Shown here: positions 22,744 to 33,033 of the stretch, one piece after another
How positions within the stretch are numbered: position 1 is the first letter of the stretch
Layout: each line of letters starts with the position of its first letter
NCBI GenBank assembly: GCA_950097015.1
Contig: CATNEN010000038.1
Location: 4,402,001-4,466,000, forward strand
Reading direction: 5' to 3'
Length of the DNA: 64,000 bases
Source: Macrostomum hystrix
Lineage: Eukaryota > Animalia > Platyhelminthes
Program-made: the position numbers and the translations under genes
Notes under the pieces: model-generated
Database searches by the model: none
Seen by the model: the letters and a program-made list of their open reading frames with translations, nothing else
What the model was told of the DNA's origin: nothing

Positions 22744-25700
22744 TCAGGGGCAGGCAGTGCCCAGCAGCCGCAGGGTCACGAGCCCCTGGCCGCCCGTGTT
22801 GGCCCCGGAGACTCTGACGCAGCCTTGGCCACCGCAGAAGGAGCCACCGCCGCCGCCTCCGTTTCCAGGTGCGCCACCACATCCTGTGCTGTAACCAGCG
22901 GACATCCGCTGATGGAAGCCGCCCCGCCGCCACCGCCTCCGAAGCCACCATCAGAGCCGAGGTATCCGCTTCCACCGAGCCAGCCCTCCGTGCGACCGAA
23001 GCCACCCTCTCCGCAGCCGGTACATCCCTTAATTCGTCGAGTTCGAGCCGCTCAGCCAGCCAGCACCAGGGCCGGCGTAGACGCCACTAACGTCAGAGTT
23101 GGATGTTCCTGGCTGACCGCCAATGCCAGCAAGAGGGGATTCGCTATTGTAAGGTGAGGCGCCTGTCTGGCTTGCTTCACCTATACGCCCTAAAAAGTTG
23201 ACCGGTAAAAAGGCGACTAAAATGAGTCACTAAAAGATACAATAAATGGTTGTAAATTAAGAAGAGCGTTGGAAAGTGATTGATCATATAGTTTAAAATT
23301 TCGTTTAACAACTTTTTAAAGTCACCATCCTGGTTGTTATTTATACTGTCGGCACTACTGCCGTTGTTTGTGACGACAAGCCACGTTAAATGAAAAAGAA
23401 AAAATTTGTTGCAAATGGAGGGGAAGAAAGTGTTAACTATGACATGCGATGGACTGTGAGCTTTGCTGGTGTTTTGTGCGAAGACGTGCGTACGCTAACA
23501 AGGCCATCGATTCTTTCAAAGCTGCAACGGATCAACTGTGGGACTAGTGTTCTGAAGCAGCAGGCAAGCTGGAATCGAAATTCGGATTTGCCAGTGACGG
23601 AGAGGTCGTCTTCCCCGCTGGAGAAAAACAGCGACCAATTCAGTGCGCACGAATGCGACCTCGGCTCAACCAACCAAAGCTGAAGCCTAACGGCAGCGCC
23701 AAAGACCTATTCCACTGCCGGTGAGACAGCAGGTCCGCTGCCGCAGCGCAGGAGGCAGGTATTGTCTGGACGAAATGCGAGGCGGTCTATGAGACACTCA
23801 AGCACCCGAGCTTCGCTTGCCGGACTTTAGCCGTCTGCTTGTAATGAGCTGCAATGCTGCACTGCGGTGTTGTTCTGTGCAAGCGATATGGAGACGCAGA
23901 GAAAAATTGGTGCCCAACGGGCTCAGCAACTTGTTCGAAGGCAGCCGGTAGAGTAGGCCGAAGTTTTATCCAGCGGCGCCTTAGAAATCGGCCCGCATGG
24001 TGAAAATGGTCCTCAGCCTTTTCTCGCTCTACTTGGTCATTGAAAAGAATGTATAAAATCATGTGTTACACCTTGTTTAATGAGTGCGTTAGGAGTCGGC
24101 GAGAATTCCAGGACACAATTCCAAAATACCATGTCACAATTTTTTTCAATGGCGTGCTGAGTTTTTCGAAGTTTATTTACTTATTGTAATTAACTGAACA
24201 CATATTGAAACTCACCTGCGTAAGGGTAAGACGACCCGCCGCCACCACCGGCTGCCAAGAACAGGAAGTTGTCGGCAGTTTGGTACACGAATGAGCCGCC
24301 GCCGCCACCTCCGCCTGAATTGCTAGCACCGTCAGCTCCTCTCTGCCCAATCACAATGGACAGCCGGGTGCCGGCCGACAGGCTGAAGTTGCCGGTCATC
24401 GAGGCCCCACCCTTCGCAATGGTCGGGCTACTCGCGGTAAAATACTTGGCCGTGCCCCCGCGGGCTCCGAGAGCCTGGATTCGATAGCAGCCGGACACCG
24501 ACACAATGGCCTGCTGGACCGAACGGTTCCTGCCCGTGCCACTGTCTGCAGTAACGAAGATTATCCAGTACGGCTCGTATTACAAGATATTACTCGTATT
24601 TGTGATTGCGGTAGTAATTTGATGCCAACATCTATGTTCGTCAGTAAAAATTGTGAGAATTTTTCAGTGTCTAAAATCGAGCCAGATGCATCGAGAATAT
24701 ATAAAGTTATCGAGTGCCTATTTCTTCTTCCAGTTTTCTTTCTGCCAAAATAAAAGTTGTAACAAAATATGTCCCATAGGTTTTATTTATAAAGAGGTGG
24801 TCGGAGAACTCGTCTGAGTACTCCCAGACTGGAATTAGAACAGACACTAGCACACTAAGCCCCCCTTGGGGCGCACTACTGTTCAGACAAAAAATCTTGT
24901 GCAATGCAGAAGGACAAAACACACCTGAAAGCAAACGAAAACGAAAACTCATTTCGTCAGTATTAATTTCCTTGATTGCGAATATACGTGATTTACACAA
25001 GTAACTTACGTTTGATACAACTCAGCTTAATGCTACTAAGGTACATGTGAATACTGTCCCCTCAGCAGTAAAAAGTAAAAAACCAATGTCCCCCCAGCAG
25101 CAGAGAACTAATTTCCCCAGCATAGTTAACTATGCTCATAATCATTAACTATCTCTGCTGTACTGTGCGTGTCTGTCTGCTATACTAATGTACTTCTTAA
25201 CTAATGTACTTGCTCTTCGTAGCGTCCACATGCGGCACGTTGCTCTGGTTGATTGCGCAGTATTCACATTATGTTGTGGGCGGCACGTTGGCGTCAGTCA
25301 GGTTCAATATAATAGAAAGGGCCAGAGTGGGTTACGAGATATACGAGCTGAGCTATCTCTTGAAACATGAGTTCGCCTTGTTATTACGGTACGGCACACA
25401 TCTACCACAACACCTTTAGGGCGGTTGCCTCTGGTGAAATAGGACCTGATCCCCTTCTACAGTGTGGATCAGCAACGTGGAAACCATTGTGCTCGCATTA
25501 GACCATCGCATTGTTATTGTTACCGCATCATATTAAAGAGCAACGATCGAAAGAGCGGAGTTCAGAAATTCCAAGACTTACTTTTGAAAGTGACCTCGGT
25601 TCCATTGACGATCGTGTAGCCGGACTCGGTCTCGAAGACCGGACTCGGTCTCGAAGACATCGACTGCGAATTGTGACACAACAATAAGTTTTTGAAGCTG

Positions 25701-26190
25701 AATCTCCTCGAAGCTCGGCACCAAAGTGGACTCACCTTGAGCTGCGGGGCTCTGCAGCCGCTCAACCATATCATGGAAGTCCTCCGTCAGCCAAACTTTA
25801 TCGCCAGCTTCGCCTCCGAGCCGTCTGGTCACGTGACTTGCATTAGGTCCCGGCGTCTGCATGAGTCGAAGAGTTTGGCACCGTCGAGCGTCTTCGTTGA
25901 AGACGATGAGGGCGCAGCCGTCCAGGTGGGAGCATCGGCTCGCGCAGCTCAAGCGCGACATTCCGGGCGAGCTGAAGCTGATCAGCTCGCTGCTGCTGGC
26001 GTTGCTCAGTTGCACCGGCTCCGACTTCTTGAACACCTTCAGAACCCGAAGGCCAGCCACCAACGGGGACTGCAGCAGAGCCAGCGACACTGCAGGTAAG
26101 ATTACTTTTTTGACTTGGCTTTCTTGTGTACTTTGGCAACCAAATCCAATGCAAAGCGGACTTACCGAACAGCAGGCAGAATCGTAGCAT
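22744..26190 (-). pseudogene. PAN + glycine-rich-domain paralogue C, disabled
   Basis: Exons (-): 26190-26166, 26089-25736, 25663-25582, 24545-24216, 23189-22744. Lesions: 19-nt tandem duplication in exon 3 (25621-25658), 4-nt insertion giving an in-frame TAA at ~23030, and a 1-nt plus a 45-nt deletion at ~22870-22900. Confidence 0.8.
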
Positions 26191-26689
26191 ACTTTCTCAG
26201 GTGAATTCCAACTCGCCAGGGTCCTTTTCCAGATGAGCAAGAACAAGCTACGGCACACCTGAGCGGCTTCTATTTATGCCCGAATTGCTTATCGCTTCTG
26301 TTTTGGCTACCTGTGCAGGTTGCTACCCTGCTGCCTCTCCCGATGCAGCTTGGCTCTCATCTCCCGACGTCTCCTTTGTGCTCAAAATTTTCATGTCTGA
26401 ATCTCTCCTTGCGATCGGGCTGCTTATTGTTGACGAACCAGGCTAACAGTTTCCAGACAGTCTTATCAGATGCGCTCTCGCTCGGCTGAGCGCCTTCGGC
26501 CCATTCGCTCTCGAGCTGATCCAGGTCGAGAAAACTCTGCAGTGTTCGGGGTCCGCGGCCCTGTTACCGCTACTATGCAGGCGGCTGTAATTGTGGTGCG
26601 GGCAGGCTGCTTTCTGTCTGCCGGCCTTTTTTGCTTCTTCTAGTATTTTGGCCCGCAAATACGCGCAGTTCATTTATTAAATTTGTGTA

Positions 26690-27900
26690 ATAAAATATTG
26701 TATTTTATGGCTGGGATGCAATCCCAACATTGGCAAGGGTGTCGTCCAAATCGTTACTAGAGTGCCCTGGAAACTGCACCTTATGGAAACCTTGTCATAG
26801 GTCATTAAGCTATGTAGCTATGTGGACTGTACGCGAACATGTGTTTACATTACATTACATCGACGCAAGGGGCCTGAAGGTCCACTCTTGTGCACTCTTG
26901 TCTTCTTCGGGGCACTCTTGCGCGCACGCGTTCACGGAAAAGGGAGGCAGGGCATTTCGCGCCAGTCTTCGGGGTCAGTCCGATCGCTTCTAGGTCGGCC
27001 ACCAAAGTAGCGCCTAAAGTCTGGGTCCGACCCGGTTGGTCGCTCGGTTGGCTGGTTGAGGGTGTCCAAAGCCAGGGGGTTGTCCTCGCCGCGGGCAGTC
27101 CTCCGCAAGCAGTGCCCCAGCAGGGTCTGACGCCGCCGGCGCAGGGTAACGCTCATGGCACATGACGAACATGTGTGCATGAGTCCAAGGGCGTGGACCG
27201 CCACATAGCTGACTGAGTGGAGGATGACATCTGCTCCATGGACTTTACTTTTTAGCTGATCAAATCCAGGGCGCAAGAACTGATGGCAAGAACTTCGTTC
27301 TGTAAAACGGTGTGCTGAGAGAAAGTCGCTACAGTTCTTCCTCCTGACCTAATGCAGTAACTGAAACCCATCCCATCGGTAAAACAGCAGATTTCAGTGT
27401 GCTGCCCGTCATCTCGCGCCTCCTGAAGAGAATGCAGAATGCTGGTTTTGAATCTGAGCGCTGGGCCCAATGTGTACGAATTTCAGTCCGATGGAATCAG
27501 CATGCCCTCTGCGTGTCCAGGTCACACAGGCTTAGGTCGCCATGTGACCGGAGGTTCCGCTTGCTGAAGCTAATTTTCTTCTTGAAGTCGTCGAGCAGTC
27601 TTGATCGCTTCCCCCTGATAAAAAGATCCAAACGCACCCAACAAAAGGGATGGAAGGTACCAACAAGCACGGCCCTGCAAACCCATCTGATCTCCGGGGC
27701 ACTATTCAAATGAAGCCGGTAAACGAAATGAAGAGCCTGACAATCGTAGTCGAAATCCACCTGATACGGAGGACTGTGTGACCCCAGGTTCTACTGAAGG
27801 CTCTGAGGATCTGCACGAGCGTCGCTAGAGCTTTGTGAGTTTCGGATTTGATGTGAGTTGTCCAGCTCAACCTGTGGCCGAGAATAACACCTACATTTCT
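26690..27900 (-). mobile_element. Degenerate non-LTR retrotransposon fragment (RT C-terminus + RNase H)
   Basis: GVILGHRLSWTTHIK..RTWG..IRWISTTIVR (RT thumb) and ICCFTDG..GFSY..HTVLQNEVLAI (RNase H), with many stops and frameshifts. Confidence 0.7.
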
Positions 27901-28618
27901 TCTACGATTTTTACGTCTATCATGAAACGCAATCTTTGTCTTTATAACGCCGTGTCTATTTTTATTAACATAAGACCATAGATACTAAAATAACCAATAC
28001 TAATACTATTGTCTATGGCCACCCTCGCTGCAGCGCAGCTTTTTGGGCGCGCCTTGCAAGCAAAGTAAGAAATTTTTTAAAGCTAAGTGAGAACTATATT
28101 GAAAACAAATGCTGGGCTATGGTAAATCAACTGCGTTTAACAAGCAACGAGGATAGAGAGCGCCTGGTCAATGCCGTCGAAGATGGTTACTCAATTTCGA
28201 CTGCGTCCAAAATCCCGGCCTTAATCTGAACAAGAAGACGGTCTATCGGATATGGAGTCGCTACGCAGCTACTGGTGAGATCCATGCGTTGAAGCGGATA
28301 ACGTCAACTGGGGGGTGTTTCATATAATTTACAAGTTACAAGCTACAAGCTACAAGTTTAATAGCTACAAGCTACAAGCTACAAGCAAAAGTGTTTCACA
28401 ACACTGCTTGTAGATTTCAGCCAAGAATCGTACAAGTTTGACAAGCTTGTGCGTCTTCGTCGTCTTCATCTTCATTCACTTCATCGTCTATGGTAAAAAC
28501 CTACCTATTTGGAGTGGTAGAGAGATAGAGTGGTAGGTGGTAACGACTCGAAGCTAAAAAACAAAACTCATTTCATCCACTCTAGCTTCTTACATTCGTC
28601 TATTCGCTTTTGCTTACG

Positions 28619-29350
28619 ATGCCTCTCTCTGCAAGTGAGAAGACGCTTCTGTTAGAGAAGATTCGCGACGTCAAGGGAACTTTATTTGGCGAGTTCACCT
28701 CGGTGCTAACTAAAGAGAAACGAACAAACGCATGGAAGGATGTCGTCAGGAATTGCCGTGAGGAATATGGTTTCGATCCGTGTCCCGGCAAAGACTTTTC
28801 CTACTTGCGTGACACCGTTTGGCCAAATATTAAGCGCCGAACAATTGAGAAGGTGGATGCCAATAAGAAGACAGGAGCAGATGGTGGAAAGGACAAGCAA
28901 CTAACCGAAGTTGATAATTTGGTTCTAGACATCATCGACAGGACGTCCGCCATCGTGGTTGGTCTGGATGTCACGGAGACGTACGAAGGCACGAAGAACA
29001 ATGCTAGGGACCACCACGCCAATGATGATCATCTACTGGAGAGTACAATTTATCGTGACGTACAAACGCCCGCTGCTAGCAAGTCGCCCGGGGCGAGAAC
29101 GAGCACAAGTTCTGGATCGACGCAATCGACGCCTAAGCGATCTACTTCGACGGCTTCTAGTGGCAAAGCTACTGTGGACGAAGCTGCACTCAAGAGAAGA
29201 AAGATTGAGTTGCAAATCACCGAGCTAGAAATGCGATCAGAAAACGGGAGACTGCGAAACGAAAAGCTACGGATCGAGATTGAAAATCTCCAAGCACAGC
29301 GCAACTGGACAGGTAATTGTGCACCTGGTACGCTTTTTAATCAGCTGTAG
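28619..29350 (+). CDS. Harbinger Myb/SANT-like (trihelix) DNA-binding protein
   Basis: LSASEKTLLLEKI..LFGEF..KEKRTNAWKDV..LRDTVWPNIKRRT..KTGADGG..LTEVDNLVLDII plus a C-terminal coiled coil. The ORF is uninterrupted. Confidence 0.85.
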   Translation: MPLSASEKTLLLEKIRDVKGTLFGEFTSVLTKEKRTNAWKDVVRNCREEYGFDPCPGKDFSYLRDTVWPNIKRRTIEKVDANKKTGADGGKDKQLTEVDNLVLDIIDRTSAIVVGLDVTETYEGTKNNARDHHANDDHLLESTIYRDVQTPAASKSPGARTSTSSGSTQSTPKRSTSTASSGKATVDEAALKRRKIELQITELEMRSENGRLRNEKLRIEIENLQAQRNWTGNCAPGTLFNQL

Positions 29351-29556
29351 TAGGTGTTCGGAGTAATGAGTTGCTTCACTGTGCTTCCAGTCTATTTCAG
29401 TAGCATTGACATGGTCACGTTTAGAAACACGGTTGAACAATTTTTGTTATGTTGAAGTTGAAGTTGAAGTTCAGTTCAATGATGCACGGGTTACTAAATA
29501 CATTCAGCGCAACTTGTAACTGGCAACTATCTTTAGAAACTACACTTTCGAGTTGT

Positions 29557-29770
29557 TCATTGCATTAATTGCACAATTTGTTGTCTTCTTCCCTCCTCGG
29601 CGGCATCGTCCACTTCTTCCGTGTAGTCCTCGTCTTCAGCGCCGTAGTCTTCTAGTCCATCCACATCTGTGTTGGGCACAGTTCTAGCACATGTTCCTCC
29701 CGTAGCCGAAACCTTTCTAGCACAATTTGCGTCGTCGCTTGGGTTCGACAGAACCGTCGCTCTCATCGTC
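29557..29770 (-). pseudogene. Internally deleted Harbinger transposase remnant
   Basis: N-terminal-type motif VLERFRLREEHVLELC is fused to an acidic C-terminus ...EEVDDAAEEGRRQQIVQLMQ*. The DDE core is absent. Confidence 0.6.
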
Positions 29771-30235
29771 ACAATTAAGCGATATAATACTACTATAATA
29801 CGGTTAGAGGTGGCTGAGAAAGGTTAGAAGAAAGTGTTCTTTGAAAACTGTGCTTTTAGTTTACAAGTGCGAGTAAAAGAAGGCGACTATTCAACTTGTC
29901 AGCAATTACAAGTGTTTGGGATTGTAGACATAGACGCTTCATGAAACGAAATGCTTGTAGCAAGTACTTGTAGCTACTCTCTTGTAGCTTGTAGGAACTT
30001 GTAGTTTCGTTAAAGTCTATGAAACGAAATTCACTTGTAACTTGTCACTGATCCCACTTGTACCTTCTACAAGTCATTTATGAAACACCCCCCAGGTAAC
30101 ACAAAACTGCCCCAAACAACTCTACGCGGCTACTATGGGCCATAGACAACTCCCATTCGTCATTACGCGTCATTGGCACCATTTTAAAAGAGGAAAATAA
30201 TTTCGCGAACGAAATTAAATTTACGCCTTGCAACG

Positions 30236-31159
30236 TGGTGGCCGCAAGCCGGGTCAACAAAAATGGATGCTGAAATTCGGAATGCCGTTGAGCAGATAGT
30301 TGAGCAAAATCCCTATGTTACTCTGACGGATGTGCCGAGAAAACTGAATTTGGAGTTGCCACAAAAGCCGGCTATCTCTGAATCCACCATTGCTAGAGCG
30401 ATGAACTCCATGCTTATCTCACTGAAAGTCGCCAACAAGGATGCCGACGTGAGGCTTGCTGCGAATACCTGGGATGTGATACAAGCGAGGCGCGACTATG
30501 CTATGATGATGACGGGACTGCCTGTGAATGACCTGGCTGTGTTTATCGATGAGACTGGCTACAACCTATGGACGAGAAGGACGCAGGGTCGAGCAAGAGT
30601 TGGCCAGCCTGTGCGACGAACGGTGGTAACGCAGAGGGGTCCCAACATGACCAGTGTCATCAGTTTAGCAGTGTCATCTGAACTGGGTCTTGTCCACTGT
30701 ACGCTGCAGCGAGGTGGTCAGACACGAGAGAGATTTCAGCAGTTTATTTTGGAACTGTCTAACATCATACAGGCCGATGCTCCTGGCAGACGAGTTATTC
30801 TCATTTTCGATGGTCCAAATTTTCACCAAGGGATTGAGATACCTGAGCAGTTTGAGGATCTCATTCGTCTGCAAATTTTACCGGCGTACTCGTCGTTTTT
30901 GAATCCCGTGGAGATGGCGCACAGCGCTCTTAAGAGTGAGATCAAGCGTCGCCTTGTAGAGTCCGCAATCGTGGCTGAGGAAAAAGTTTGCCCACCAGGC
31001 ATGACACGAGATGATTGGCGATACATGCTGATGGATCGGCTTGGAAGAGAATCGCTGCATGTCATTTTACTCCGCACAAGATCGCAGGCTGGGAGCTCCA
31101 CTGCACTCGAAAGTTTGCTCAGTGTATCAGCATGCAACCATTTATTTGAACGCTTATAA
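30236..31159 (+). pseudogene. IS630/Tc1-type DDE transposase, C-terminal part
   Basis: NPYVTL..ISESTIAR, VFIDETGYN, LIFDGPNFH, LPAYSSFLNPVE. The N-terminus is separated by insertions and frameshifted. Confidence 0.85.
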
Positions 31160-33033
31160 CATTAATCAACAATTTTTGTACCGCTTGTTTTGTTGTGTTC
31201 CTGCGTATGTTCATTTTCTTTTCCGACATATAGTTTCCGACAGTGCATCATTTTGTAATTTCGTAAAACCAACCCTTTTTTCCAATATGGTTCTCACTTA
31301 GCTTTCAAGGTGCGCCCAAAAAGCTGGGCTGCAGCGAGGGGTGGCCATAGACAATAGTGATTTTGCTATTCAGTCTCAGATTGCTTGAAAAAAGTCTCAC
31401 TTAGCATGCAAAAACCAATTCTAAAATCTAGTTATTTTAGTATCCATGCCACAGACATGCCTATGGTAATTGGCTCAGGGATTTGTCAGCATACATACTA
31501 CCGAATTAAGGTAGTTTACTCGTAAATACATTAGTCTATGGTTTTTTCGGTCGGTATTTTACTTATGCCAATCTTAAACCAATTGAACGTATTTACTTTG
31601 CGCGAAAGGCACATGGCATTTCCATAGACTATTTAAGTATGAAAATCAAAAAATATTTTCTGCATCTCAAGATAATATCAAGTAGAATATAATAACTGCA
31701 TTGATGCCGGCTATTCTCAGAACAATTTTTTTCTGGCTTATTTCGCTAAATGCGAAGCGAATTTGACTGTATCTCTATATGAACCAACATGTCTCTAAAT
31801 GTATCTCTAAATTAAGGCATGCATTTGTTCCGGAGGGTAATCATATTCATTATCAGAATAGGCTTTTTAACTGTCTAAAATTAAATTAAAAAAATTTTGA
31901 TCGATTCCAACTGCATGCACAACTGCAACAGACGGTAGCAACCAGTCTTTGTTTTTTTATCTGGCCCACCATACTACACATTTTCTCCTAAATTTGTCAA
32001 ATTTGCAACCAAAGTTGAAATAGTTTCCACCCGGGTCTAAAGCGCAGGACTTCAGTTCTGACAAACCAAGCATTCGAAAATGACACTTTGCAAACGAACA
32101 AACAACCCTTTCAAAAAAACAACTTGCCTTTAATTCAAATTTAATTTGCGTTCAATTCCGACTGTGGGCTGCTTTAAGTGAGTGCATCAATACTTCGTCT
32201 ATGGCTCAAACTTCGATAGATCCAATCAATTCAAACACTTTTCAATCCAATTTGATCCAAAAATAACTTTGAACTATTTCAAACTCGAACGCATTTCGAT
32301 TTCAATCAACTCGTCCCGCTAAATACCCAGTATCTTAAGTTTTCTATGTCTGTGTCACACTACTCAACAGTAGGGTGGGAAAACCGATATAGTAATCCCG
32401 AAAGTAAAAACGACAGTAAAAACTTCGAAAGATCTTCTGAAGATCTTGTATTTTAAAAGCAAGAAAGTGCAGAAAGTGTCACAAAAAGACTTGCTCGAAA
32501 TGAAATCTAAATGTAAGTGAATTTTATTATATTTTATACAATGTTGCAGCTATCGATAGTACTAAATCAGCTCTTAAATCAGCCTTTGACACTTCTGTTG
32601 TAGTTACTACTCAAAGTATGCTAAAACGGGTGCGTAGAAATCAATAGGCAAACAGGTGAGAAGCCTCCAACGGTGCGGATAGAAACAAAATAATAATTTT
32701 AGTACGCATACAGATCCTGTATTTTGGTGGGTCTCAAATATTTCGTGAAGTAGGTGTCTAGGATAAGTGAAATACTCACCTTAAATGAGGTGTACAGACA
32801 CCTTCAACTTTCGAGAGTAGCGGGAATGTTGGAGAGCTAAAAATAAAATCGTGAGAAAAGCATGTTCATTTCAGGCAATACAAACTTGAACCGAAATTTT
32901 GTAAGTTCCACTTTTTCGGATAAGCAGAAACTGTTGTCAATCACAGAAAATCAGAACTTGTTTGATGTTTGAGTTCTTGTAGGATGCAAAAAACTTTCGT
33001 AGATGACACAAAATAGCGATGCGAAAATTTTAG

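Larger units (their letters stand above)
28311..30092. mobile_element. Non-autonomous PIF/Harbinger transposon
   Basis: TIRs GGGGGTGTTTCATA / TATGAAACACCCCC, flanked by CTG and CAG (CWG-type target). Subterminal TACAAG and CTTGTA repeats. Two convergent coding units. Confidence 0.9.
27977..31448 (+). mobile_element. IS630/Tc1-mariner-type DNA transposon, interrupted by nested insertions
   Basis: Inverted repeats ACTATTGTCTATGGCCACCCTCGCTGCAGCGCAGCTTTTTGGGCGC (from 28005) and its counterpart ending at 31358; outer IR CATAGATACTAAAATAAC / GTTATTTTAGTATCCATG. Transposase N-terminus at ~28119-28296 (TSNEDRERLVNAVEDG..KTVYRIWSRYAATGEIHALK) rejoins at ~30236 (RGGRKP). Confidence 0.85.

Noticed and set aside
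23300-24100. Short ORFs in the last intron of paralogue C
   Set aside because: No recognisable motifs or consistent splice pattern.
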